Assembly: GCA_951406725.2 (NCBI GenBank) | Contig: OX597814.1 | Span: 157,790,001 to 157,854,000, forward strand | Length of the DNA: 64,000 nt | From: Octopus vulgaris | Lineage: Eukaryota | Reading direction: 5' to 3' | Shown: positions 1-12,679 of the stretch, one piece after another | How positions within the stretch are numbered: the stretch's first letter is position 1 | Layout: every line of letters begins with the position of its first letter | Position numbers and translations under genes: made by a program | Notes under the pieces: generated by a model | What the model was told of the DNA's origin: nothing | Database searches by the model: none | Seen by the model: the letters and a program-made list of their open reading frames with translations, nothing else

Positions 1-1012
1 CGCAGCAGATCTGGCCTGGGTAGCGTTCCAAATACGTCACTACTGTAAGATGCAAGGGAAGGACATGGTGCTACTTATCCGGAACGAGATGTGAGCAGAC
101 CAGTTCCTCTCTTACAACATTCTGGACAACACAGGTAGCCAGAAGGGCGAAGGCTATCACGTTGGATATGAAGACAATAAAAATTGCCTCCTGAACCCCA
201 TGAAACAGGAGATGAGAGAGATTTTGTTCGACGCTCTAAAGATTTCATGTATTTATTTTGCCCGACGTTGTAAAAATTTTATGTATTTAAGTTTTGCCAA
301 TTCGCTTTTACAAGGAACAAAACACAGGATTGTGACTAAGTAAATACATAACGAAATAGAAGTTTTATGTCATGTACAGGTGAAATGGTCAACAGGATAA
401 TGTATCAGTGCGAGTTATCTCTTCTGTTCATCTCACACTGTAGACATACAGTTGAGACATGGTCTAAAATTCTCCGATCTTGTATAAAGTTAGCTTGTTA
501 CTATTGTTGTTTAAGCTCTCATCAAACAGAATTATGCTCCAAGACGTTCGAGTTAAAAAACATTGCGTTGTTTTTTAGATAGTAGAGGTTGCATTAGAGT
601 AAAATGTTTACTGCTATTTCTAATATCTCCTATAACTAGATAAAAACTTGCTCGTTGGCTTGTATTGAAATGTATTTGTGAATATCTATCATTTGGTATT
701 GAACCGTTCAAATTCCACCGAGGGCGACTTGCCTTTCTTCCTTCGAGGTCTAGAAAATAAGTAGCCGATGAGGACTGGGATAGATTTAAACGACTAGTAT
801 CCTTCAGAAATTCCAAACTGGTGCCTATAGTTGAAAGGCTGAAGTTCAAATTGAAGTTATCTCCCTTCCGCTTTCTCGCTATGAAATGGTTGTTTATTAT
901 GTTGATAAAATAGTTGTTTACACGTCGAAGGATTTGACATGTTGCTACTGTCGCTTGTGTTGCGCTGAGTATATGACCAAGGTACATAACTCTCACTTTA
1001 TAGTTTAATAAT

Positions 1013-1399
1013 GACTGGCACTCCATCGGTTACGACGACGCGACGAGGGTTCCAGTTGATCCGATCAACGGAACAGCCTGCTCACAAAATTAACATACAA
1101 GTGGCTGAGCACTCCACAGACACGTGTACCCTTAACGTAGATCTCGGGGAGATTCAGCGTGATACAGGGTGTGACATGCTGGCCCCTTTGAAATACAGGT
1201 ACAACAGAAACAAGAAGAAAGAGTGAGAGAAAGTTGTGGTGAAAAAGTACAGCAGGGTTCACCACCACCTCCTGCCGGAGCTTCGTGGAGCTTTAGGTGT
1301 TTTCGCTCAATAAACACTCACAACGCCCGGTCTGGGAATCGAAACCGCGATCCTAAGACCGCGAGTCCGCTGCTCTAACCACTGGGCCATTGCGCCTCC
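1013..1399 (-). mobile_element. tRNA-derived SINE, full length
   Basis: The reverse strand starts GGAGGCGCAATGGCCCAGTGGTTAGAGCAGCGGACTCGCGG...GGTTTCGATTCCC (A and B boxes). It is flanked by a direct repeat (A)TAGTTTAATAAT at ~1000-1012 and ~1400-1412, consistent with a target-site duplication (TSD). Confidence 0.9.
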
Positions 1400-1726
1400 A
1401 TAGTTTAATAATAAGCTTCTGTTATACCTCTAATACAGAGCGGAGATGATTTACCTGGCATTTTGTTTACACTGTGGAAGCTAATTATTAGAATAGTATT
1501 TTTATTAAAGTTACGGCAGGAGTAACTTTCAGACTGTGCCAAGACCCCCAGCACCACCCTTCTTGTACGATATGTACAGCAGAGCCAAAGGAAGATATCT
1601 AATGTGGTAGTTTGACCTGCTAGAAGTAGCAGCCACATCTCTCAAATCCCGCCTTATGGTATTTTTCGAAAAACAGATAATCATTGGATAACGTGGGCTG
1701 AGATTAAACTCTCCCTGGAAAGATCG

Positions 1727-2119
1727 TTATATATAAAATTCAAGTTGTGTGTCTGTCTCCTACGATTTAGACTCCTAACTACTCCCACATTTTGCGGTGC
1801 AGTGAAACTAAAAGCGGGTATCTTATAGTCGTGATTCATATCGAGCCCTTCTGCGTATTATCGCGCGTCTACGATGAGTCTACGATTTTAAAAATAATTT
1901 ACCATCATTTTTTTCCATTTTAATGCATTTTTTCGCTATTGTATAAGGGAAGTAACTCTCTAAAAATGTCTACGATGAGTCAACGATTAAAAAAAAAATT
2001 TACCATAATTTTTTTCCATTTTTAATGCATTTTTTTCCTATTTTTTGGCTATAACTCTCTAAAAATTCTTATATAGTTATTTCCCTTACAAACCCGAGCA
2101 ACGCCGGGCGATACTGCTA

Positions 2120-2120
<1 letters not shown>
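1727..2120 (+). mobile_element. Non-autonomous Helitron-like element
   Basis: 3' hairpin CCCGAGCAACGCCGGG, then a short spacer and CTAG|T at 2117-2121. Internal ~100-bp direct duplication. The 5' boundary is approximate. Confidence 0.75.

Positions 2121-2192
<72 letters not shown>
2121..2192. repeat. (TA)n microsatellite, one of many (also ~2826, 3011, 3545, 21818, 43727, 48758, 52633, 52898, 55437, 56808)
   Basis: Direct observation. Confidence 0.98.
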
Positions 2193-2198
<6 letters not shown>

Positions 2199-2644
2199 GG
2201 CTTCCAAATAAGGACGCGTAGTGCTAGAAACACAAAAGAGATAAATTCATGAAAGGAATGAAAATTAAAAACAGTTACCATCTCAGCCATATCCCAAGGA
2301 TGCCAGTAAAAGATTTACGAACAAATTTATCAAGCAATATTAAAACATAATCAAATAGGGTAATAAAATAAATTATTATTACCAGTGGCCTAGCACAAAA
2401 GACGAGTTAGTCGTTAGACTATATATTTTTCGTATAGAAATATAATAAAAGGCTTCCAAATAAGGAAGCGTATATATATATTGGTTAGTAGAGTTAGAGG
2501 TTGGAATAACCGTTTAGGGATTAAAATGTTCATTTTACTACAGGTATAATTATCTATGTTAACTCTGGACATAAATATGCAAGCATATTAGGCTCATAGG
2601 TTACAGGCAATGACAAAGATAATTTTATCAGGAATAAAATTTAA

Positions 2645-2806
2645 AGTAAACAGAAAATGAAGAAACACTGATCAACAAGTGACTAACACCAATTATTACT
2701 TTTTGATACAAATAGACTGTATCCCATCTACAGTCTATTTGTATTAAAAAGTAATAATTGATGTTAGTCAATTGTTGTTGATCATTATTTTTCTATTTTC
2801 TGTTTA

Positions 2807-2808
<2 letters not shown>
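2645..2808. repeat. Imperfect inverted repeat (hairpin, ~75-bp arms)
   Basis: AATTATTACTTTTTGATACAAATAGACTGTA / TACAGTCTATTTGTATTAAAAAGTAATAATT around a 7-nt loop, with looser outer arms. Confidence 0.85.
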
Positions 2809-2864
<56 letters not shown>

Positions 2865-3007
2865 TAAGTAATTAAGGGTTTAGCAACGAATTGCCTCACC
2901 AACACACCGAATTTAGAAATAGCAGTCAAAGACATACCGAAATCTACTTGGTGTAATTGATAATTATCCCTAATTAATTAATTTCACCCTTTTATTATTA
3001 CTGATAA

Positions 3008-3069
<62 letters not shown>

Positions 3070-3188
3070 CAATTAAGGACAACTTCTTAATAAGGAAAAC
3101 TTAAAAAGAAATTATCGGGTAGATAGCGTGAAAAACCTCATAAAAGAAAAAAATTCGAAAATAATTTTTTCTTATTGAACATATTAAC

Positions 3189-3534
3189 TTATATATAGAG
3201 GGCATTATTATACATACATGCCACACGCTAAGAGGGACAAAATTAGTCATTTCTACCAAAAATTTTACCGGATGTAATATATGTAAACCCACCCATGTGC
3301 TTCGTTGAAGTTGATCAGATAGTTGCTCGGCTTAGACGAGTTGGGTTCGTTTATTTTATGATACGTCCAGACTTGCTGATGAATACAGAGGTATGAAATC
3401 ACAGGTGATACAAGTCCATATTTTTAAATGTCTTACTTTGAAAAATTGCATTCGGTGGGATTAGTAAAATTTTTGGTAGAAATGACTAATTTTGTCCCTC
3501 TTAGCGTGTGGCATGTATGTATAATAATGCCCTC

Positions 3535-3543
<9 letters not shown>
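3189..3543 (+). mobile_element. Penelope-like pseudo-LTR / retrozyme-like element with 80-bp inverted arms
   Basis: 3189-3268 is the reverse complement of 3464-3543. A hammerhead lies in the loop, and the element ends in (TA)n. Confidence 0.7.
3370..3416 (+). ncRNA. Type I hammerhead ribozyme, intact core
   Basis: GACUUG-CUGAUGA-AUAC(AGAG)GUAU-GAAA-UCAC(AG)GUGA-UA-CAAGUC. Stems I, II and III all pair, the core is conserved, and the predicted cleavage is after AUA (3410). Confidence 0.88.
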
Positions 3544-3603
<60 letters not shown>

Positions 3604-4439
3604 TTGTGTCTGGGGAGAGTCATTTCCTTTTAGTACCTTATTATTTAACACACTCACCGGTAAAATTTCCACTCATTAGCTTATTTATTTTTCCTAAAAT
3701 TTTCGTTGCATCTTGCAACATTTTCAATGAGAATATTGATTGCTAGTTCTTCGGCAAGTTACTACAGAGTAAATTCATACTTCCCACATACTATTTGCAG
3801 GTATTAATTATGAGCAATGTGATGTAAAAATTCAATATCGTGTTAGGAATCGATTTTAAACAACGACGTATTAGATTTATTCATTGACTGTCAAAATATC
3901 AATAAGACCTTCGGAGTTTTACGGAAAATGTTAGTTTGGATATAAATTTTAATAATCTCCGGGTGAAACAAGTACAAAAAAATGTTAATCTATAAAATAC
4001 ATGTGTCTGCCTGTATTCTTCCATAGGTGATCGATGAGACCTTGGCTTCACCTATAAAGTCGATTCGGGTTTTATATATCGGTATATATTGATAAGAAAC
4101 ATGATACGAAAATATCGATCACATGCAATCACATTTAGTTTGTGGCATCATTTGGTGTGCTGACTGGCAGTCTTTACAGAGTTCATGTTTAGTTTGCGTT
4201 GCCTAGATGCGTGCCTCTGCTCAGATAATCAGGAATTTGTATCTTTCCTGCAAGGAGACTGCTCAGAGAAAGCTATTTCTAGACTCTCTGACACTTTTAC
4301 CGTTATTCTCGAAAATAATTGTAGGAGTCTCCCTGTCCACTGACTCTCCTCTTCTCTATTCCACTTTCGTGTTAGATTAGTTGCCTGGTATGCATATAAG
4401 GTGTGTTCGAGCAATATTTGGTCATTTTCCTAAAAGGAA

Positions 4440-4900
4440 AAGAAATCAAAATGTCCACTCCAAAAATAGAAGTATATCAAAAATTCAAAAAATATCAACT
4501 ACAAAATAGCTGAAAGATAAGCCCCACAACAGTCGCAAGATGGCACAGTATGCGTTCGTCAATGAGTCCTTGAGAAGCTCTTGGCCTTGATGTTCTAGGC
4601 AGAGAAGTTGGTATATTTCTCAATCGCACCCCATACATTATTATTATCCAGGGGATTGCATCCGGGAAAATTTGGAGGCGAAATATTGGGGCTGCTACAG
4701 GCGTAGAAATTATTCCACAACCACTTCTGATTATTTCTTGAATGAGAGAAAGGAGATTAATCTTGCTGCTATACACGGCAGCAGCATTCCTCTCCAACCA
4801 GGATTTCAGCAGCTTCACATAGCCGCCTGCATTGAGCTCAAGGCTCAGTTCATCAGTTGTTGGATGGATTACGACGTACGGAGCCAATCACAACGCCTGC
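4440..4900 (-). pseudogene. Degraded Tc1/mariner transposase, DD37D (maT-like)
   Basis: The minus strand reads V*QQD*SPFSHSRNNQKWLWNNFYACSSPNISPPNFPGCNPLDNNNVWGAIEKYTN, with 37 residues between the QQD and PLD aspartates and in-frame stops. Boundaries are approximate. Confidence 0.75.
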
Positions 4901-6934
4901 TGTACCCCTTCCCGTTGGCTACAACATCACAGTTGCAGCTCTTCACGTCAGATCTTAGAGTCTATAAAGTGTTCACAGAGCATTGAGGAGCGAATAATCA
5001 TGACAAGTAACTTTTCTCCAATATTTAGATGACCTTCAATCATCCATATCAGTAAACATTTTCTGAACAACAATTCTAATATTTATGCTCTCCAATGCCG
5101 TTCATCCGAAGATCCATTGATTTCATAATATATGCATAGAGAAGATGACAATAATGAAATGGAAGTAATGTTTAAAGAAAGAAGGGAAAAGGAGTTGCCT
5201 TTACGTGTGTATCTCATTATGAAAACCTGCCTAGAAAAGATTTTAAAGGATAAAGATATAGATCCAAAAATCGGTAATGTGAAGACCGTCTCTCATACTG
5301 ACTAGCTGTTATGATATTTAATTTCGAAGAAATGCAATAAAGATGTCCGACAAAATATATATGCCAACTTATAGAAGAGAATGTTTAATTATAGTGAGGG
5401 TATCGAAAGTATCAATGGAAAACAAATCTTTGGTTGTCTTTGCCTTCCGCAATAACTCTGGGTGCGTTGTGGATGTAAGTATGGGGAAAAATGAAAACTT
5501 GCTTGCACTAAAAATTTCGAAGTAGTGGTCACGAGAGTATACAGGATTGTTTCTCCATAAATTTCTCAGGAGAACATTATTTGAGACTAGTGGGGGAGGC
5601 CAGAAATTTCAGATATTTTAAACGAAAGGAAGGAGACTTAAAGACTTTTTCCTGCAAAAAGAAACAATAGCATCCAAAGTTTCTCTGACACCTTAAAATG
5701 ATTTAATATGCAGTTGTCTTAAAAACAGTCAAACCAATATTGAATATACTATACTGGGAAAGAAGATAGGATAGTCACGGCGATAACAACAAATATTTCT
5801 CTCGGCATTTGAGCAATTTCAGTTGAGAACTACGGTATTTATGACTCAGCGCGAACCAGAATCTAAAATGCCGACCAAGATGTGTTACAAAGTCTAAAAA
5901 TTATTTACATAACATTTACAAACACTAAAAAAAATAAAATTACACTTTACAGAGAAAATAGTAATAACGTCATCATGATCTGCAAAAACATTAACAACGA
6001 TACAGATACACAGGTTCACACAGAATGCATTTAAATACAAACGGTCCACATACAGAAAAATTAACTTTGTAAACATAATATTTAACAATCTAAAAATTTT
6101 GCACTTCATCATTAATAGCATTAAGATTCTTTTTAATGCTAGTAAAATAAACGCAACATTCATGGAACAGTTATTTAGGTAACCTTATTAATTCAATAGA
6201 GTAATTTCCGTCTTACAAACTATGCTCGAATCAGGCTAAAAAGACCATTTCCCAACTGAGACGGTTTAATCACATATATAAAAATGTGTATTTAATTCAA
6301 TGAATTGCAACTGTCTTGGTGTAACAGAATCTATCTCGCTTACCTGCGCTGTGACCGGCACTAGAATTCATGGGTTTACAGAAATCGAGCGAGCAATAAA
6401 GACAATGCAATATGGCCAGATTGTGACATTGCATTTCATACGATCCATCACTGCATTTCCATTAGTCATTATAGGTTCGTTATTTATAGGCTTACTCAAT
6501 CGGCCCATTGATTGCTTGAGAAAAAATGAACGACCTAAAGAGTTAATGTTATTTTTGTCAGAATCATATCTGGTTATAATAAAGTAGAAAATTAAAGGAA
6601 TGGTACAAGTATGCAGGTAAGGAAGAGAGGCAATAAGAATCAGTATAAGTGGAAGATGGATAAAGAGGAAAGTGTAATAGACGACTTTATCTCGAAGAGG
6701 ACTAAGAGGAAGTGAGGGAAAGCAAGGAAGAGACGAAATGAATAGAAAGAATAGAGGAGTGAAGATATTCAATAGAAAAAAGGGACAGGGGATAACCGAA
6801 ATTAAGGAAACAACAGGCATAAAAATGTTAGTGTTTGTAATAGGGCCGTCACACAGGAAAATATCTGCACATAGGACCCGGCTCGAAAGTCCTTCGTAAC
6901 AGACTGGCGAGTTGAAATTCATCGACGCATAGAG

Positions 6935-9060
6935 TCACCCTAAGAAGTCTTTGTTTCCTTTCAAAATTAAACCCCTATACAACGCCATAGTACAACTTCC
7001 ACTAACCGCATTGCCCGTCTGTCTGAGGAGCGTGAGCCCCTGGAGACACTCAAGGTGCCAAACGCCCATCCTTGGTCTACGCTTGATCCAAGATGGCAGC
7101 TCACTCAAAGAGACGGGCTGCGGGAAAGCGAGTCTGACAAACGGTGACCACACCTGCTCACTGTCGCCGAGGAAACGCTGGATGCGCCGCAGCCTCAGTG
7201 CATGACTGTACATCAATAGCCACGGTATACCCAGTCAAGTTCATAGGGTCTTGACAGTAAATAGAGCGCCTGACCAGCGGAGTTCTTCCTCCCATAAAAG
7301 GCAGAAAAGCAAACGCTCCAGCTTGATCAGGTTCTAACTGGGGCACAGCAGGACGGTGAAACAGTAGTAAATGACTGAGGCGACGTATGTGTTCGCCACC
7401 TCTTCCCGACCTTTCAAAGATAGATTCCTCTTGACACATTTCTGGGTGAGACTGTCTACCCTGCTCGTCACCTTGCTCCAGTTCTTCTCCAGCTGGAGGT
7501 CCGGTCCGAACCAGACTTCGAGCAATTTTACGGGCCCGACCGTCCAACGTACAACAACGCTGTCGGTTAGCATGAATCTGCCTCTCCAGTTGCCGAGCTG
7601 CAGGCCCACCGATTTTCCCGGATTAATCTTTGCTCCCATTACTTTCTCATATTCTTTCACAGTAGTGCTGACCAGATCTATGTGCTTGTCGTCCGGCACA
7701 ATGACGGTGACGTCGTCTCCGTATGCCGACACAACTCTTCCAGATTTTAATTCACGCGAAATGCCTCTCAAAATCTCCAGTTTCTAAAGTAATGATTCGA
7801 GGGTCAGTACTTACAGAAGGGATGATAGTAGTCGCCCTTGACGGACCGAATGCACGATGTTGAATGCTTCCGACAGGTGACCATTCACCCGGACTACCAA
7901 GCAAATGTCGCTGTACATGTCAAATATTCAACCGCGGAAAACCAGACCGAAAACGACCGCCGTGAAAACAGCTGCCAGATATTGATGGTTAACCCTATCA
8001 AATGCTTTTTACTAATCTAAATTGATCAGAGCCCCACCCACCTGTTTGAGACGGCGCATGTTTATGCGTTTCCAACCAGTTTCTCAGCGACAAGCGTCAG
8101 CCTCTTCACTAACACGTCAGAAAAATTTTCCAGTCTGCGTTAAGCAGAGTGATGGGTCTAAAATTATCTAATACCTCCCCACTCGTTTTGATCCTTTCTC
8201 AGCTGTAGCAGTGATCCTCGGCTCACAGATTTGGGAATTCTTTCATTCTGTTGCCAGTTGCAGTAGATATCTGCCAAGATGCCTGCAAATAAGACTAGCA
8301 TATTACAATAAAACTCATAGGGCAGACCATCTGATCCCGGCGATTTTACCCCCGTGCAGTTTATCATCTCATCCCGTATTTTCTCAGTTGCTATCAGCCT
8401 TTAGCACCACTCCGCATCTCTTGCTGAGAGTCGTGGCAGTCCATCGAGATAGGCAGTGAAATTCATCCTGCGATCTGGCACACCGTTCGTCCCGAACAAT
8501 TCGGCAAAATGCTGCTGAAAAGCTGCACACATCTGCTCCGGCTCGTTCACTGCGCGTACATTTTGGTCCACAAAAGACCGAATGGTGTTTTTGTTGACAT
8601 TTTACCCCTCATCCACACGGGTCCATCGGGCAGCATTGGTTCCCTCTTTCTCAGAGCATGTGCCTTAGCTCTGACAATACAACCTCCTTCGTGCTTGGCG
8701 TTGAAGTGTTCATCAAGAGCCAACATAGCTGCCAGTACGTCAGTTGCAATGTCTTTCCTACGCGCCTTTTCTAGCTTTCTCACTAAATCGCCCTCTAATC
8801 TATTTCTTTCTACAGCTAAAACTTTCCTAAATCTAAGTGATTCTAGTTTGATGGCCATTTTTAGCTTAGACTACTGTCGGTGTGTAAACAGCCACCAATC
8901 TGAAGGCCCTACCGTTAATACCATTCACGTCCAAGACCACCAGCTTACCTTCTGGTCCAAGAAGACTGACCTTATTTTGAGATCCAGACCTTACCGAAAC
9001 AATAGCGCAGTACTCCCGCCACCCATTCCCGCCGATACGGAAGATGAATAGATCTCGTAG
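6935..9060 (-). mobile_element. Degraded L1/Tx1-clade LINE ORF2
   Basis: Frameshifted pieces KSPGSDGLPYEFY and SAYGDDVTV...GAKINPGKSVGL (YADD-box region), typical of L1/Tx1 reverse transcriptases. Confidence 0.85.
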
Positions 9061-9105
9061 TTTTCGAAATTGGGCATGAAACCTTGCGGTTCGGTTTGTC
9101 TGGAT

Positions 9106-9760
9106 TCAGTAATGGCTATTACATCTATTCCTCACGACCTGAGGTCGTTGAGTAGGTGACCGTGTTTCCAAGGAGACTCCAGGCCACATACATTTGTGCA
9201 ACCTATTTTGAGTATGACTAGTTGAGTGGCTGGGAAGGAGAAAAAGGAGAGGACTACTCACTGTTAGCACTCTGGGATGGGAGTGGGATGTCGCACTCCC
9301 TATGTGGAGTGTGGTGGTCTCCATAACCAAGGATATATAGAGGCTCCAGGACAGTTTCGTGTCGGAGTCTCCAACCGCCTGTGGAAATTTGGATTTTATG
9401 TTGCTGTAGGTATGTTGCGATGTTTGAAGTATCTGTATGTGTGTTGGCGGTGTATTATCCGTGGGGGGAGGTACAAAGTCAAACATCTTGATGTCTGTAT
9501 TTTTTTTATGTATAATAAGTTTGTGTTGTCTGTGTTTATGGCGGTGAGTTTTGTGGTGTATTTGTTATTTTCATATACTTTTTGTGTTGACCTTGTTGTG
9601 TCTTGTACTATTGGCCGTGTCTGTGGTGTTGGTAGTGGTGGTCTTAGTGAAGGTGTTGGAAGCGTGGGTGTTGGTGTGCTGTTATTGTTGTTGTTTTCGG
9701 GTGATTCAGCTGTTTTATTTGTTGGTGAACCGTAGTGCCTTTTTTTAAGGCTTTTATGTA
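9106..9760 (-). mobile_element. Possible ORF1/5' remnant of a LINE
   Basis: A/C-rich, coding-like minus-strand sequence directly upstream of the L1/Tx1 ORF2. No diagnostic motif recognised. Confidence 0.3.
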
Positions 9761-9891
9761 TGACTTCTGTCCACTGATACTTAATCCATCGATCTCGAAA
9801 TGATGTTAGGCAAAGTCGACTTCAGCGGAATTTGAACTCAGAACGTAGCGACAGACAAAATGTCGCAAAGCATTTTGTTAGGCGTGTTCAC

Positions 9892-10330
9892 AGTGAGAGA
9901 GCAGCGCATACCATCAAATTGACACTGGGGTAAAATATACAAATCGCAATATACTCATCATGATTATCCGTCCGTTAAGGATGAACCAGGCACATGCATC
10001 ACAACCACATGTGCGTGACGTAGTGATCTCATTAACACCCATGACCTTGCAGGTGGTGCCCAGTTAAAATTTTCTTCAGGTCGAGTAGCCCATCCCGATC
10101 AAAAGGTCCCCGAATAAGGTTTATTTAAGGATGATGAATGAAACACTTATGTTTCCAGAGATTAATTATTCAAACCCCAAAGATGCTTCCCCGCTAGTTC
10201 TGCTTGTGTTCAGAGATGCACACATCGTCAGTCACTAAGGGACGTGCTCAACTGGTTGTCAAGTAACTGACAAGCAAATTAGTGGTATTGAGCAGAATAC
10301 TTGCTGCAGCCCATCTTTTAAACCAAGATA
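9892..10330 (-). mobile_element. Dispersed non-LTR 3'-end repeat, (TAA)n-tailed in other copies
   Basis: Same sequence as 12245-12557(+), 37713-38180(-) and 60622-61035(-). Family consensus end: ...GATGGCATGCACTGCTCTCTCACTC(AAT)n. Confidence 0.75.
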
Positions 10331-10334
10331 TAAA

Positions 10335-10760
10335 ATGTACATGAAGTTGGAGGAAGTAAGAAGAGGGAATGTAACCCTCATTGAAAATGAACAGAACAAC
10401 ATGAATAAGAAATATCCTCTGGTGGAAAATGGCACCAAGATCTGGTCAGAGAATGTCAAGCACAACAACGGGGGACCCTGGCTTCAGAAGGACCAGCCAA
10501 TGATGCCGTGGCCAGTAACAATTGTGCGAGTGCTTATCTTGTTTACCTATGATGTGGCAGCTTATAAATGGAATAATGAGGAGGGCAGTGTACAACCATC
10601 TTGAGAGAAATGACCCGTTAACAGATGAACAGACGGCCTGCGGAAAGGGGTCACGTTGAACAAAGGATGAGTTGCTGATAGATAAGGCAATTTTGATCAA
10701 CTGTCGGGAAGGCAGTCAAGCTTATCAGTTGCTTGTGCAACAAGTATGATAGTTGCATTC
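10335..10760 (+). mobile_element. Old R4/Dong-like RT fragment
   Basis: KIWSENVKHNNGGPWLQ and EQTACGKGSR*TKDELLIDKAILINCR match the FWKRIWS and EQKGCRRGSYGCKDQLLINRMILENC segments of the intact element. Confidence 0.7.
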
Positions 10761-10899
10761 TTTATTTTTCACATCCTATTGATTTCACACTTAACTCGTT
10801 ATAACTGATTTCATATTTCAGCTCATTATAATCAATTATGATCAAATATATGCTTAGCAAGATTTCTTCCGGCTCACTACGTTCTGAAGTCAAATACCT

Positions 10900-11130
10900 A
10901 TTTCTTTATTATCCACAAGGGGCTAAACACAGAAGGGACAAACAAGGACAGATATAGGTATTAAGTCGATTACATCGACCCCAGTGCGTATTTGGTACTT
11001 ATTTAATCGACCTCGAAAGGATGAAAGGCAAAGTCGACCTCGGCGGAATTTGAACTCAGTACTTAGCGGCAGACGAAATACCACTAAGCATTTCGCCTGG
11101 CGTGCAAACGATTCTGCCAGCTCCACGCCT
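10900..11130 (-). mobile_element. tRNA-derived SINE (second family); fragments also at ~9775-9890 and ~11750-11892
   Basis: The reverse strand has TGGCAGAATCGTT...GAGTTCAAATTCCGCCGAGGTCGAC (A and B boxes). Closely similar to 61945-62175. Confidence 0.85.
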
Positions 11131-11635
11131 TACCGTAGTCAAATACCGTCGATGTCGACTTTGCCTTTTATCCTTTCAGAATCAATAAAATATTTCCGAG
11201 TGCAGATAATTACCAGTTTAGCATAGAAGAACCCGTTCCACAAAAATTTCAGAAATAGTGCCTATTGTAGAAAGGATTTTTATCAGTTGTATTTAGGTTA
11301 TTGTTGCTTTCTTTTAAACAAACTGCTCCTAGTCTCATCCAGAGACACCATGTAGCAGCAAGCTGGACGTTCTACTATGAGTATCATTTAGTATTTAATA
11401 GAAACTTGGTTCTCAGATGCAGCTCTCTTTCCGTCACGACATATCATTGCTAGTAATAAATAACAGATTGTTTATTGCGAACTGTTAAAATATTACGAGG
11501 GGAACTCGAGGACCAGATAGGCTAAAAGGAATGGAAAAGGCAAGGAGAAAGTTGCTTGATAGCTAAGTTTATTGAAACATAAGTGACAAGTTATAAAAAC
11601 CATCGAAAGAAAAATGCTATAATTGTTTCTCATTT

Positions 11636-11707
<72 letters not shown>

Positions 11708-11900
11708 CAGTAATAGTAGTAGTAGATTCATGTTGTAGATGCATGTTGTTTGATTGGCACTTATTTTATCGACCGCGTAAGGACGAAGGGCAAAGTCGAC
11801 TGCAGCGGAATTTGAACTAAGGACGTAACGACGGACTAAATGTCACCAAGTATTTTACTCGGTGGACCTATGATTATTCCAGCTAACCGCCTTCATAATA

Positions 11901-11985
<85 letters not shown>

Positions 11986-12107
11986 TAATAATAATAATCA
12001 TGATAATGATGATAATAATAATAATAATAATAATAATAATATTAATGATAATAGTAATAATAATAATAATAGTAATAGTAATAATAATAATAATAATAGT
12101 AATAATA

Positions 12108-12144
<37 letters not shown>

Positions 12145-12191
12145 TAATAATAAAATTAATAATAATAATAATAATAATAATGATAATATTA

Positions 12192-12235
<44 letters not shown>
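11636..12235. repeat. (TAG)n, (GAT)n and (AAT)n compound microsatellites
   Basis: Direct observation. Confidence 0.95.
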
Positions 12236-12244
12236 AGAGAAGTA

Positions 12245-12557
12245 TTGGTGGAGCATCATAGCCAAGTGTTGAGAGGGATTCTGGAAACATGGGTGTTTCG
12301 TTCAATATCCTCAAACAACCTTGATTCAGGAACCTTTTGAACGGGATCGGTTACTCGACCAGAAGAAACTTTTGACTGGGCCACACCTGCAAGGTCATAT
12401 GCTGTTTATATTGATATGAGATCACCATGTAGCGCACATATGGTTGTGATGCATGTGCCTAGTGTACCCTTATCAGACGGGTAGTCATGATGGGTCTACT
12501 AGGCTTTGTATATTTTACCCCAGAGTCACTTTGATGGCATGCACTGCTCTCTCACTC
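12245..12557 (+). mobile_element. Dispersed non-LTR 3'-end repeat with (AAT)n tail
   Basis: Reverse complement of the family at 37713 and 60622; followed by (AAT)n. Confidence 0.75.
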
Positions 12558-12564
12558 AATAATA

Positions 12565-12659
<95 letters not shown>

Positions 12660-12679
12660 AATGATAGTAATAATAATAA

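Noticed and set aside
1325-1399. tRNA-like heads here and at ~11050, ~21760 and ~62100
   Set aside because: They continue into SINE bodies with TSDs and lack a proper acceptor stem, so they are not tRNA genes.
4840-4860. CTGATGA on the minus strand
   Set aside because: There is no downstream stem II plus GAAA, and it lies within a transposase relic.
6368-6922. 184-aa hydrophobic ORF
   Set aside because: It is pyrimidine-rich low-complexity sequence downstream of the L1/Tx1 ORF2, probably its 3' UTR. No domain was recognised.
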